Positions 1 to 10,034 are shown, counted from the stretch's first letter. The stretch is DNA of 60,160 bases from Spirochaetales bacterium (GCA_021736255.1 JAIPGG010000006.1:1-60160), one strand, 5' to 3'. Notes: generated by a model from the letters alone, not told the origin. Translations and numbers: made by a program.

Positions 1-217
1 CATAATGTAGAACTTCTACTTCAACCTTTCTCTTTACCGCCTCTTCAGCAAGTGCATAGATTCGAGAGCTCACTTCCTCCGACAGATAGTATTCTCCACA
101 ATTGTCACATACCTGAGCCGGAACATCCTTGATCACAATGACCGTAGTATCTCTTTCCAAAGTTACTGTTGTCGTTCCCTGTTGTGTAGTACCAGTTTTA
201 CAAATTAAGCAACTCAT
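1..217 (-). CDS. YgiT-type zinc-finger protein (MqsA-like antitoxin), truncated by the window edge
   Basis: Not in the ORF track. Manual translation from ATG at 217: MSCLICKTGTTQQGTTTVTLERDTTVIVIKDVPAQVCDNCGEYYLSEEV..., with two CxxC motifs and the typical VPAxVCxxCGE. The start overlaps the upstream stop (ATGA). Confidence 0.85.
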   Translation of the reverse strand, partial: MSCLICKTGTTQQGTTTVTLERDTTVIVIKDVPAQVCDNCGEYYLSEEVSSRIYALAEEAVKRKVEVEVLHY

Positions 218-500
218 CTCTGCCTCCGCCTTTTATAATCATTTTCCCAGATCAGAGGATCGGGTTCATATACAGTAATAATGTAGCATACTGATGCAGA
301 GGAATCTCTCCCTACAAGTACATGTATCGGTCGCGCATTGGAATACCCGAGTAGTAAGTACTCGGGAAAGGAGTATCATCTTTATACTCGATTATCGCTT
401 CACCTCTACTGACAATAGTACGAATCTGCTCAGGGCTAATTGAACGGAAGAACATTCGCTCAAAAGCGTGTCGTGTAAAAGTGATCTCCCGGCAATTCAC
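214..500 (-). pseudogene. DUF4258-like putative toxin (RelE/BrnT-like) with a frameshift
   Basis: The N-half (FTRHAFERM...IIEYKDDTPFPS) continues in another frame as YLLLGYSNARPIHVLVGRDSSASVCYIITVYEPDPLIWENDYKRRRQR*. That frame ends at TGA 214-216, overlapping the YgiT ATG. The shift lies near 358-362. Confidence 0.8.
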
Positions 501-530
501 ATATACTCCTTTGACATTCCGCTTTCTTCA

Positions 531-719
531 TTACAAAGCAACTCCACGCTTAATATCTTCCAAACGGTCTTCGAGAATAAGAGAGACTGCCTCACGTAAA
601 CTATCTTTTGCCTCTTCTACAGTCTCACCCTGACCGTTTGCACCGGGAACCTCTGGACAGATTGCCCAGTAGCCACCTTCCGGAGCTTTCTCAATAATTG
701 CCGTGAGCTCACTTTTCAT
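531..719 (-). CDS. HicB-family antitoxin (short UPF0150 type), no hicA partner adjacent
   Basis: MKSELTAIIEKAPEGGYWAICPEVPGANGQGETVEEAKDSLREAV; GAGG RBS upstream of ATG 719. Confidence 0.85.
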   Translation of the reverse strand: MKSELTAIIEKAPEGGYWAICPEVPGANGQGETVEEAKDSLREAVSLILEDRLEDIKRGVAL

Positions 720-736
720 GTTTTTCCTCGACAAAG

Positions 737-916
737 ATGCACGAGGTGATGCAGACCGCAATCGAACGAAACGCAGATATCGATAAATTCCCCGATAATT
801 ACAACATCCCTCATCGCAAACCGGAGGCTCCCTGCCCTGTCTGCGGCTCCCCCATCGGAAAGGGAAAGGTAAACGGTCGGAGTTCCTATTCCTGTCCCCC
901 GTGCCGGAAACGTTGA
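737..916 (+). pseudogene. C-terminal remnant of an Fpg/Nei-family DNA glycosylase (zinc finger)
   Basis: Manual translation, 59 aa (below the ORF cutoff): MHEVMQTAIERNADIDKFPDNYNIPHRKPEAPCPVCGSPIGKGKVNGRSSYSCPPCRKR*. It has the CPxCG...GRssYxCPxC signature. Confidence 0.75.
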
Positions 917-1119
917 TCTTTTAAAAGCTGAATCTGTTCAACAGCAGATACATCTACTGAATTTTCATATTCAAAAAGGTTTAAGAGAAACTGATCAGAT
1001 TTTTTTCTTTACAACAGGAGCGCAATAATCTACAGTACATTACCTATGGACAGAATGCCCGGCCAATACCGGCGGTGCTATTGTGCGGGGAACACACGGT
1101 CTGTAAGCACGGAGACCCC

Positions 1120-3651
1120 ATGAAACACTCGGAGAACAGGACCATTCTGCTGGTTGAAGACGAGGCGCTGATCGCGATGGCCGAACAGCGGACGCTCGAA
1201 CAGCATGGGTATCGTGTGGTTTTGGCCGCCGACGGGGAACGGGCCGTCCACATCGCCGAAGAGCAGCCGGAGATTGATCTGGTGCTCATGGACATCAACC
1301 TGGGCACCGGCATGGACGGAACCGAGGCGGCGCAACTTATCCTAAAAAATCGTGACCTGCCGATCGTCTTTCTCTCCTCTTATACTGATCCGGCCGTCGT
1401 CGAAAAAACCGAACGGATTACCTCCTACGGCTACATCGTCAAGAACACAGGAGATACCGTTCTGCTCACATCACTTAAGATGGCGTTCCGGCTCTTCTAT
1501 TCGCAAAAGCTCGCGGCAGAGACCTTTGATCATTCAATAAACGGGCTCTGTGTTCATCGGCTCCTCTATGACAAAGCCGGTACTCCATACGACTGCGAAT
1601 ACCTGAAGGTGAACGAAGCATTCGAGCGTCAGACCGGCTTGATCGCTCAGAAGCTTATCGGAAAGACCGTCCGCGAACTCTTTCCCGACGATCAAGCCCA
1701 AGAGGTGATAGAGCTGTATATCGATGTCGTCTCGAGCCGGACTCCGGCCCGAAAGGAGATCTGGTTCGGGCCGACCGGAAGCTGGTACGAACTGAGCGTA
1801 TTCCCGACCCGGGGAGACGAGTTCACGGTTGTGGTGCAGAACGTCACCGAACGCAAGCTCGCCCGCGAGAGGCTCGAGCGGGAAAAGGAATGGCTGCGCG
1901 TGACCTTACAGAGCGTGGGAGATGCGGTCCTCGCCACCGACGCCGAGGGGTGCGTGAAGTTTCTGAACCCCGTCGCCGAACAGCTGACCGGATACGCTAC
2001 GGACGCAGCCGCCGGAAGGTCCCTCTCAGAGGTTTTCCGCATTTTCAACTCGCACACTCGAGAGCCGGTGAAAAACCCTGCCGAGCGTGTGCTGGCCGAG
2101 GGTCGGGTGGTCGGGCTTGCAAACCATACGGTTCTTATCTCTGCGAACGGGGAGGAGTACCAGATTGCCGACTCGGCGGCGCCGATCCGCAGCTCCTCCG
2201 GCGAGATCATCGGCGTGGTACTCGTCTTCCGCGATGTGAGTCGGGAGTACGCCGCCGCCGAACAGCTCCGCGAACGAGAGCGTAATATGAGGCAGGCTCA
2301 GGAACTTGCAGCCCTCGGTTCCTGGCGAATCAACCTGGAGGACGGTACCGTGGAAGCTTCTCCCACGGCACACAGGATCTACGGGCTGTCCGAAGACAGG
2401 CTGACGCTCGGACATATCAAGAGCGTTCCATTGGCGGCCTACCGCGATATGCTCGATGCCGCGCTCTACAACCTTGTTCATTACAGGCAGCGGTACGATG
2501 TGGAGTTTGAAATCCGCCGCCCAAATGACGGTGAAATTCGGCATATCCATTCGATCGCCGACTACGATGCGGATCTGAACGTGGTGGTGGGAACGCTGCA
2601 GGATATCACTGAGCGCAAGCGCGCCAAAGAAACCTTGCGCGAGGAGCGGGAATGGTATTCGACCATTACGGAGATGAGCCCTATCGGTATTGCTACTGTG
2701 GACGCCGACGGGGTGATCACCTACGCGAACTCCGCCGCCGAGCGTATTCTGGGCCTTCAGCGCGACCAGATCACCTCGCGTACTTACGACGCACCGGAAT
2801 GGAAGCACACTGCTCCGGACGGCGGTCCGTTTCCAGACGAAAAGCAACCGTTTTCGATTGTTAAGAAAACGCTCAAGCCGGTGTACGACGTTCGGCACGG
2901 CATTACATGGCCCGACGGCAGGCACGTCGAGTTGTCCGTTAATGCAAGCCCAATCCTTACCGAGGACAGCGGCTTCGAAGGTATGGTCGCAACGGTCGAG
3001 GACATCACCGAGCGAAAACGGGCTGAGGACCACGTCCGGGCCCTCCTGCGGGAGAAGGAGCTCCTGCTCCGGGAGTCGCATCATCGTGTCATGAACAACA
3101 TGAACACCATCAACAGTTTGCTTTCGCTCCAATCATCTACAACCAAATCTTCGGATGCCCGCGAGGCGCTCAACGACGCTGCACAACGGCTCCAGTCGAT
3201 GGCGCACGTGTACAACAAGCTCTTTCGCACCACTCGAACCGGGACCATGAGCCTCCGTGAATTCCTCCTCCCGCTTATAGATGAGGCTATAGAGGTATTT
3301 ACCTCCGTCATCCCCGTACGGGTATCCGCAGAGGTGGAGGATATCCCGATCGACTCCGGAACGCTAACCTCACTCGGCATTGTAATCAACGAACTCCTGA
3401 CAAACTCGGTAAAACACGCCTTCGCCGGCCGAGAGGAAGGGCATGTGTCCGTCACAGCCGTCGAAGAGGATTCGCAAATCATCATCACCTATCGCGACGA
3501 CGGCCCCGGACTGGACCCGGATACGGCGACCGAAGAGGCGCTCGGCTTCGGTATGCAGCTTGTACAGTCGACCGTTGAGAGCCTGGACGGCCGAATTGTG
3601 ATACATCCCGGCCCGGGATTCCACATCGACCTGACGCTGCCGAATACGTGA
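1120..3651 (+). CDS. REC-PAS(x4)-HisKA_2-type histidine kinase
   Basis: N-terminal receiver (ILLVEDE, LMDINL), several PAS/PAC repeats, H-box HHRVMNNM, NELLTNSVKHAF, DDGPG, GFG. Start placed at ATG 1120 after GGAG. Confidence 0.9.
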   Translation: MKHSENRTILLVEDEALIAMAEQRTLEQHGYRVVLAADGERAVHIAEEQPEIDLVLMDINLGTGMDGTEAAQLILKNRDLPIVFLSSYTDPAVVEKTERITSYGYIVKNTGDTVLLTSLKMAFRLFYSQKLAAETFDHSINGLCVHRLLYDKAGTPYDCEYLKVNEAFERQTGLIAQKLIGKTVRELFPDDQAQEVIELYIDVVSSRTPARKEIWFGPTGSWYELSVFPTRGDEFTVVVQNVTERKLARERLEREKEWLRVTLQSVGDAVLATDAEGCVKFLNPVAEQLTGYATDAAAGRSLSEVFRIFNSHTREPVKNPAERVLAEGRVVGLANHTVLISANGEEYQIADSAAPIRSSSGEIIGVVLVFRDVSREYAAAEQLRERERNMRQAQELAALGSWRINLEDGTVEASPTAHRIYGLSEDRLTLGHIKSVPLAAYRDMLDAALYNLVHYRQRYDVEFEIRRPNDGEIRHIHSIADYDADLNVVVGTLQDITERKRAKETLREEREWYSTITEMSPIGIATVDADGVITYANSAAERILGLQRDQITSRTYDAPEWKHTAPDGGPFPDEKQPFSIVKKTLKPVYDVRHGITWPDGRHVELSVNASPILTEDSGFEGMVATVEDITERKRAEDHVRALLREKELLLRESHHRVMNNMNTINSLLSLQSSTTKSSDAREALNDAAQRLQSMAHVYNKLFRTTRTGTMSLREFLLPLIDEAIEVFTSVIPVRVSAEVEDIPIDSGTLTSLGIVINELLTNSVKHAFAGREEGHVSVTAVEEDSQIIITYRDDGPGLDPDTATEEALGFGMQLVQSTVESLDGRIVIHPGPGFHIDLTLPNT

Positions 3652-3782
3652 GCGCGTATCCGGAACTCCCTCAACGAGTAAACTCAAGCCTCCCTGCGTA
3701 CACTGCCGCGGGCGGTGACTCTGCGAGTTGCCACCTCGATAGGGCATCTTCGCAGCAACAAAACGGCATAGGAAATCCTAAG

Positions 3783-3897
3783 GGGGGAGCGGAATAGCCC
3801 GCCCGCTGCACCCGGCGGAGCGGAGGAGCGGAGCCGGATCAGTGCAGCGGAGCCCCGGCCTTTACCCCGCGGCTATGGAGCGCGGGGGCGCTCCCCC
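3783..3897. repeat. GC-rich nested inverted-repeat element (REP/MITE-like or structured RNA)
   Basis: GGGGGAGCG (3783-3791) pairs with CGCTCCCCC (3889-3897). CCGCTGCAC (3803-3811) pairs with GTGCAGCGG (3842-3850). There is a further CCCCGC...GCGGGG hairpin and repeated CGGAG units. Confidence 0.5.
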
Positions 3898-4052
3898 GCC
3901 TGTAGTGGGAGTTTATTACGCGGGAAAGTGGAACCCGTCCTTCTCGTCTCAGTCTTTTATCAAGAGCTTCTAAAGGCAGCTATAGCGGATGTATATCAGG
4001 GCCGGCAGCCGGATCTCTACCGGATAGATGGGCTTTGAACGGGAGAACCGGT

Positions 4053-6485
4053 TCAGTGGCCTTCCCCCAACGCCATGCGGCCCATAATCGAGGTGAACCG
4101 GCGCAAACTCTCTTTCATTCCCCCGACATCAAAGGAATCGGCCATTTTCTCAATCTGTTTTCCATAGTGAATCAGTTCATCACAATCATACGCCATTCCG
4201 ATTTTTTTAAGGCGGCGGCTCAACTCAACAGCATCGCCGATGGAAATTACATGCTTCAGTTGATTCAAGAGGGGGAGTATCTGCTCGTAAAAATCTCTGC
4301 GGAAACTTTCACCCGATTCCACCAGGAGAAGACGGCATGCATTCTCCATCGGCCGGTCGGCATCTCCCTCCAGGTCTGTCTCCGAAGGTAAATCCGATGC
4401 AGGAGCCGGTTTGACCTGAGAGCCACCATTCTGATTTGCTGTTAGTGGTTTCCTTGCTTCCCCTCTCGAAATAGTATGCGGAAGAAAGCGGGAAAGGGTA
4501 CGGAAGAGTTCGTTCTTTTGGACAGGTTTTCGAAGACACTCGTCAAAAAGGTTTTTGACCTTGTCTTCCTCGTCCTTCATGACCGCAGCCGTCAGCGCTA
4601 AAACCGGGATTGTTTTCCAGTCCTCCCTGGCCCGTATTTTTTCAACAGCCTCATACCCATCCATTTCAGGCATCCGCAAATCCATAATCACCAGATCGGG
4701 AAGGGAGGTTTCTATTTGTTCGAGAGCTTGGACGCCATTTTCGGCTTCGAAAATATTTATGTCTGTGTCCTCTAAATAGGATCGTACGAGCAGACGGTTG
4801 TTCTCTTGGTCTTCCACCAGCAGTATTGTTGCAGATTTGAATTGGACAATTTCTTTCCATTGGGTTTCCTGTTGTTTACCGGCCGGATAATCGGAGGTTG
4901 AGATGTTTTCCTGCTTTGGACTCGAATCATTCGGAGCATCGACCGGAAGGGTGATTAAAAAAGCGGTACCGACGTTCACCCGGCTTTCGAGTTGTATGCT
5001 GCCGCCAAGCGTTTCGATAATCCGGCGAGAAATCGTCAATCCTAAACCGGTACCCCCGTATTTTCGAGTAGATTGTCCATTCTGCTGCTGGAAGGGTTGG
5101 AAAATTGCCTTTTGCTGATCGAGGGGGATGCCGATACCGGTGTCTTCCACACGGATGAACAACTCTCCGGGCAGCCCCACCCTAGGGAGGGGGAACCCTT
5201 CCAATTGGCCTTTTGCTTCAAATTCTCCCTCCCTAAACCAGAATTTTACAACAACCGAGCCTGTCTCTGTGAATTTTATCGCGTTTCCAACCAAATTGTA
5301 GAGGATCTGCCTGATACTGGTCGCATCAGTCATAAGAGAAAACGGTGTCGCATCTTCAACATGAAATTCAAGTGAAATTCCCTTTTCAAGAGCCCGTCCC
5401 TCCAACACACGGCGGGTTTCATCGACCAATGCCCGGATGTTCACTTTTTCGATTACCGTTTCCATCTTACCGGCATCAATTTTCGAGAGGTCGAGCACAT
5501 TGTTGATAAGTCCGAGCAGGGCCTTCCCCCCCGATTCTATGGTCCGGACATACTTGAGAAGCTCAGGATCATCCCGGAGTTTCTCGTGCAAAACTTCGGC
5601 AAACCCCAAAACAGCGTTCATTGGGGTGCGGATCTCATGACTCATGTTGGCCAGAAACTCACTCTTAGCCCGGTTCGCCCCTTCTGCCCGATCCCGAGCA
5701 ACACGAAGGTCCTCTTCGAGGGCAACCCGTTCAGTAACGTCCCTGGCAATAGATATGATTATGCCGTTAAAGGCCGGAAGATAACTTACACTGAGTTCTA
5801 CAATCATTACCGATCCGTCTTTCCGCCGGTGTTTCGAAGTAAACCGGTCCGAGCCGTTTTTAATAACAGCTCGGACGTGTTCCTCCGTTTCAGCTCTGGA
5901 TTCCAGGACCTCGATATCGGGAATTTGCATTTCGTAGAGTTCTTCCCGGGAATAACCGGTCATTCTGCAAAAGGCCTCGTTCGATTCGATAAAACGACCT
6001 GTCCCGTCCACCGTGAAAATACCGTCGATAGAACTCGAAAGGATCGCCTCAAATCTCTCCCGCTCTTCCCGAAGTGCCTGTTCTGCTTTTTCCGCCCGCT
6101 TTTGTTCGGTAATATCCAGGATATATCCGATAAAGCGCTGTTCTTTTCCATCGGCATCCCGTTCAATATGCGTAAAATCACTTACCCATATTATTTCTCC
6201 GGTTTTCGTCCGAAGGCGATAGTTTCTGTGTTGAACGTGGTCGGTCTCCGCCTCAATGGCCCCGCTCACCTCTTGCTGCACACATTCCCTGTCCTCCTCA
6301 AGAATGAGGTCACGGTAGTCCACCAAAGCTTCAAGGAAATCTTCCCGGCTGTAACCGAGGATCGTCTCTACATTCGGGGTAACCATTTCCACCGGCCGTC
6401 CGGGTTCATTCGACCAGCTAAAAACAACCACCGGCCCGGTACTGAATATCTTTTCCAGTTCAAAAGATGAATCGTGCTCCGACAT
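4053..6485 (-). CDS. Hybrid sensor histidine kinase PAS-PAS-HisKA-HATPase-REC
   Basis: FLANMSHEIRTPMN, NLVGNAIKFT, DTGIGI, GGTGLGL, and a C-terminal receiver LVEDQ...MDLRMP. Confidence 0.95.
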   Translation of the reverse strand: MSEHDSSFELEKIFSTGPVVVFSWSNEPGRPVEMVTPNVETILGYSREDFLEALVDYRDLILEEDRECVQQEVSGAIEAETDHVQHRNYRLRTKTGEIIWVSDFTHIERDADGKEQRFIGYILDITEQKRAEKAEQALREERERFEAILSSSIDGIFTVDGTGRFIESNEAFCRMTGYSREELYEMQIPDIEVLESRAETEEHVRAVIKNGSDRFTSKHRRKDGSVMIVELSVSYLPAFNGIIISIARDVTERVALEEDLRVARDRAEGANRAKSEFLANMSHEIRTPMNAVLGFAEVLHEKLRDDPELLKYVRTIESGGKALLGLINNVLDLSKIDAGKMETVIEKVNIRALVDETRRVLEGRALEKGISLEFHVEDATPFSLMTDATSIRQILYNLVGNAIKFTETGSVVVKFWFREGEFEAKGQLEGFPLPRVGLPGELFIRVEDTGIGIPLDQQKAIFQPFQQQNGQSTRKYGGTGLGLTISRRIIETLGGSIQLESRVNVGTAFLITLPVDAPNDSSPKQENISTSDYPAGKQQETQWKEIVQFKSATILLVEDQENNRLLVRSYLEDTDINIFEAENGVQALEQIETSLPDLVIMDLRMPEMDGYEAVEKIRAREDWKTIPVLALTAAVMKDEEDKVKNLFDECLRKPVQKNELFRTLSRFLPHTISRGEARKPLTANQNGGSQVKPAPASDLPSETDLEGDADRPMENACRLLLVESGESFRRDFYEQILPLLNQLKHVISIGDAVELSRRLKKIGMAYDCDELIHYGKQIEKMADSFDVGGMKESLRRFTSIMGRMALGEGH

Positions 6486-6537
6486 ACCTAAACCATAGTA
6501 AATTTTGGGCCAAAATAAAATTAATTCTCGGAAAGTC

Positions 6538-6587
6538 TTGACATATAAACTTACACATGGTATCTACTGTATTAGTTTTGTAATACA
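6538..6587 (+). promoter_or_regulatory. Promoter with a YtrA-type GntR operator
   Basis: TTGACA at 6538-6543. Perfect inverted repeat TGTATTA-N6-TAATACA at 6568-6587, just upstream of an operon encoding a YtrA-like GntR. Confidence 0.75.
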
Positions 6588-6605
6588 CTATTACGGAGAG
6601 ACAGT

Positions 6606-7451
6606 ATGGTAGCAATGAACCAAGTAACATTTGCCTATGGGAAACAGCGGCCCCTTTTCGATTCTTTGGATCTGCGGCTTCCGGACGGCAATATCTACGG
6701 CCTTTTAGGAAAAAACGGTGCTGGAAAAACAACACTGCTCAAAATTTTCGCGGGTTTGCTCTTTCCGCGAGAAGGTTCTTCGATGCTTAACTGCTGCGAG
6801 GCGGGGGAGCGAAACCCCCGGGCCTTGGAAGAACTTTTCTTTCTCCCGGAAGAATTTTCCGTTCCTGCAACCAGCGGCAAACGCTTTGTCCGGCTTTTTG
6901 CACCCTTCTATCCTCATTTCGATTATGAGGCAATGCATGAATATACCGGCGAACTCGGCCTTGATCTATCACGGCCTCTTCCGTCCTTGTCGTACGGAAT
7001 GAAAAAAAAGTTTTCCCTGGCTTTTGGCCTGGCCAGCGGCTGCAGGACCCTGCTTCTCGATGAGCCGACAAACGGACTGGACATTCCCTCGAAAAGCATC
7101 TTCCGGAAACTGGTTGCTTCGGCACTGACTGAAGAGCGGAGCTTCGTGATTTCGACACACCAGGTCAGAGACCTGGAAAATCTCATTGATCCGGTAGTCA
7201 TTCTCGATGAGGGGAACGTGCTCTTTTATCGAAGTATAGAAGAAATCACTCGTGCCCTCGAGTTCGGCCTCTCTTCCGATGAACCGGAAGAAGCCCTCTA
7301 CAGTGAAAAAGTCCCGGGAGGATACGCTGTAGTCCGCCCGAACCGGAACGCCACGGACTCTCGGGTTGATTTGGAGCTCTTGTTCAATGCAGTAACCCAA
7401 CAAAGCAGCCGTTTGAACAGCTGCTTTACCGCTCAGGAGGCCCGGAAATGA
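6606..7451 (+). CDS. ABC transporter ATP-binding protein (YtrB-like)
   Basis: GKNGAGKTT, LSYGMKK, LLLDEPT, STH. Confidence 0.95.
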   Translation: MVAMNQVTFAYGKQRPLFDSLDLRLPDGNIYGLLGKNGAGKTTLLKIFAGLLFPREGSSMLNCCEAGERNPRALEELFFLPEEFSVPATSGKRFVRLFAPFYPHFDYEAMHEYTGELGLDLSRPLPSLSYGMKKKFSLAFGLASGCRTLLLDEPTNGLDIPSKSIFRKLVASALTEERSFVISTHQVRDLENLIDPVVILDEGNVLFYRSIEEITRALEFGLSSDEPEEALYSEKVPGGYAVVRPNRNATDSRVDLELLFNAVTQQSSRLNSCFTAQEARK

Positions 7452-8224
7452 TAATGAAAAGGCAGCAAACGTTTCATCCAAGAAGGCTCCTGAAATTAAT
7501 GCGAAATGATTTGGTCTTTCGGACAAAACCTCTTCTGATAACCGTCGGAGCGGTTTTCGGTTTGCTCTTCGTAATAAACATCGCATCGGTAGGCAGCGGT
7601 GATTCAGGGGAATTCCACTCGGTGTTTTATGCATTGGTGTTGATGATCGGCGGGCATATTACAACGAGTCTTTCTTTTCGTGAATTACACGATCCGGAAA
7701 CAAGCTACCGTTACCTCACCCTCCCCGCTTCCATGCCGGAGAAATACCTGGCCCGACTTCTGTTGACATCAATCGGTTACGTGGTCATAAGTTTGGTTCT
7801 CTATGAGCTTTTCAGTCTCATAGCAGCCGGTTTTACTCAATTGATCTTTTCGAAACACCACCCGCTGCTTTCTCCCTTTTCTCCGGAAACAGGCAGAATA
7901 ATTGCAGTTTATCTGGCTACCCACGGGTTGACGTTCTTCGGAGCCGTATTTTTTCGAAGGCTGCATCTGTTAAATACCATCCTCTGGGCTTTTCTGCTGA
8001 TGCTGGCTGTGGGAGCCGCCACCGCCTTTGCAGGCCGCATTATCTTTTGGGATTTTTTTAACGGGTTTTTCGTTCCGAGCAATATTGATTTTATTCAATT
8101 CGGGGAGAAACTCTTTTCTTATATGCGGAGTATGTACGTTTTGTCTCAGATAATTTTCTATGCGGCTGTTCCGGTATTCTTCTGGATATGCGGTTTTGTG
8201 CGGTTTCGGGAAACGGAGGTCTGA
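7448..8224 (+). CDS. ABC-2-type membrane permease
   Basis: About 6 hydrophobic segments, LTLPAS..EK motif, ATGA overlap with the ATPase. Confidence 0.8.
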   Translation: MIMKRQQTFHPRRLLKLMRNDLVFRTKPLLITVGAVFGLLFVINIASVGSGDSGEFHSVFYALVLMIGGHITTSLSFRELHDPETSYRYLTLPASMPEKYLARLLLTSIGYVVISLVLYELFSLIAAGFTQLIFSKHHPLLSPFSPETGRIIAVYLATHGLTFFGAVFFRRLHLLNTILWAFLLMLAVGAATAFAGRIIFWDFFNGFFVPSNIDFIQFGEKLFSYMRSMYVLSQIIFYAAVPVFFWICGFVRFRETEV

Positions 8225-8226
8225 AA

Positions 8227-8610
8227 ATGGATTTTCGCGGAGCGGAACCAATTTATCAGCAGATCGGCGACAGTATTAGCTATTCAATTCTTCGGGGCAG
8301 CCGAAAGAAAGGAGAGCGGATTCCGTCTGTACGGGAGATGGCGGTGAGTATGGAAGTAAATCCGAACACAGTACAACGAGCCTATGCGTCATTACAGGAT
8401 GAAGGAATAATCCAAAACAAACGGGGTATCGGATACTTTGTGCAGGATTCGGCATACGAGAGGGTTAAGGAAATGAAAACGCAAGAGTTTATAAGTGATG
8501 AGCTCCCACGTCTCTTCAAAATGATGGAGCTGCTCGGTCTGACCGTAGATGATCTCGGAAAATATTTTGAGGATTACAGGAAAAACAACAACAAGGATAA
8601 ATCACAATGA
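8227..8610 (+). CDS. GntR-family regulator, YtrA subfamily
   Basis: PIYQQI, IPSVREMA..VNPNTVQRAY, RGIGYFV, short C-terminus. ATG at 8227. Confidence 0.95.
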   Translation: MDFRGAEPIYQQIGDSISYSILRGSRKKGERIPSVREMAVSMEVNPNTVQRAYASLQDEGIIQNKRGIGYFVQDSAYERVKEMKTQEFISDELPRLFKMMELLGLTVDDLGKYFEDYRKNNNKDKSQ

Positions 8611-9326
8611 AAACAACAGGCAAGTTATTAATCTATGGCTTGACAGGTCTTATTGCAGTGGCAGTTCTCGCCCTGATCGGTCTCCGCTTACATCTTATTG
8701 GAGCTTCAAGCCCCGTAGAGCCGGCAGCAGACTCCGGAGCTCTTATCTCAAAAGATTACCGGCCGGGTGAGTTTGACTCGATAAACATCGATGGTTTTTG
8801 GGAGCTGGAGATTACCAGAGGGGATGTATCCAAGGTCAGGATCGAGGCTCCGGAGAATTTTATCGAAAATCTGGCGGTAACCGCAACCAATGGAGAGCTC
8901 TCGATAGAGCAGGAACAAAAACTGTTTTACATTGGCATGGGTACCAAGAACCGCCGTCTCCGGGCCGAAATTACCCTGCCGGTATTGAGATCACTGAAAA
9001 TAACAGGCGGCGGTGATCTTCATCTTTCGGGAATGGAAACAGAAAACCTCAAAATCCTCCTCGAGGGTGCCGGCAGCTTTACAGCGAAGAACTCCCGGGT
9101 GGAAAATTTGACACTCGATATAAGGGGAGCAGCTTCCGTGGATATGGCCGGGTGCCCTGTCACAAACGCTTTGGTTGATATGGAAGGAGCAGGTTCGATT
9201 CTATTAAACATGGAAGGCGGGCGCTTGTCCGGTTCGATCGAGGGGGCCGGTTCGCTCGAATATACAGGCTCGGTACTGGAAGAAACCATTAACACCAGCG
9301 GGTTTGCTTCAGTAGAACAACGCTGA
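8607..9326 (+). CDS. DUF2807 / head-GIN domain membrane-anchored protein
   Basis: N-terminal TM segment and repeated xxGAGS beta-helix motifs. Confidence 0.8.
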   Translation: MKTTGKLLIYGLTGLIAVAVLALIGLRLHLIGASSPVEPAADSGALISKDYRPGEFDSINIDGFWELEITRGDVSKVRIEAPENFIENLAVTATNGELSIEQEQKLFYIGMGTKNRRLRAEITLPVLRSLKITGGGDLHLSGMETENLKILLEGAGSFTAKNSRVENLTLDIRGAASVDMAGCPVTNALVDMEGAGSILLNMEGGRLSGSIEGAGSLEYTGSVLEETINTSGFASVEQR

Positions 9327-9374
9327 GAGCAGATATGCCCTGACCACGAATGAGCAGGCCTTTCTATGTAGTTA

Positions 9375-10034
9375 CTAGGTATTCAATTTTGTATCAGTGC
9401 CGTAATGGATGGCATGAACAGGGCAGACATCCACGCAGGAAAAGCAGCTGAGGCAACGGTTCCCGGTAATCACCGCCTTTTTCTCCCGAACCTCTACTGC
9501 GGCGGCGGGGCACACCTCGACACAAAAACCACACCCGATGCAGGCTTCCTGGTCAACCCGGAGCCGCAGGGGAGCCGGGCGGGAAGATAAGTCCAAAAGA
9601 GTCCCGAAAGGACAAAGTCCGCGATGCCAGAAGCTCTCGTGGAATATGACGGAGACAACTAACGATACCCCGAGCAGATACAAAAGGACATCAATTCGTA
9701 GTTTCAGTCGTAAGTTCAGCACAAGGAGAACGACAAATGCAGCAAGCAGGAGGTACCGGCTGACGGTCATGGCTCTCAATGAAGGCTGGAATCGCTTCAG
9801 CGGGGTTTTCTTCAGCAGCCGGGTAAGCGGCCTGAGGAGCGTCTGCATTGGACATATCCAGCCGCAATAGAGTCTCCCGAAAAGAAGGGAAACGGCGATT
9901 CCCCCGAGAAAAACGGCAAACCACAACTGGGTACGATTGGTGCTGACCAGGAATAGAAAGGACGCCAGTGCTGCGATCTGCACTCCGGCCATGGACCACC
10001 ACCGAAGCCCTTTCTTCTTTCGCTTTATTTTCAT
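9375..10034 (-). CDS. Membrane 4Fe-4S binding protein (NapH/MauN-like polyferredoxin)
   Basis: GRLYCGWICP, LCPFG, CIGCGFCVEVCP, CLSCFSCVDVCP plus TM helices. Confidence 0.85.
   Translation of the reverse strand: MKIKRKKKGLRWWSMAGVQIAALASFLFLVSTNRTQLWFAVFLGGIAVSLLFGRLYCGWICPMQTLLRPLTRLLKKTPLKRFQPSLRAMTVSRYLLLAAFVVLLVLNLRLKLRIDVLLYLLGVSLVVSVIFHESFWHRGLCPFGTLLDLSSRPAPLRLRVDQEACIGCGFCVEVCPAAAVEVREKKAVITGNRCLSCFSCVDVCPVHAIHYGTDTKLNT

Noticed and set aside
350-370. Programmed frameshift in the DUF4258-like gene
   Set aside because: No slippery heptamer or homopolymer at the shift, so a simple deletion or sequence error is more likely.
1-916. Integron cassette array
   Set aside because: No attC-like inverted repeats are visible between the small genes and there is no integrase in the window. 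It cannot be excluded beyond the left edge.
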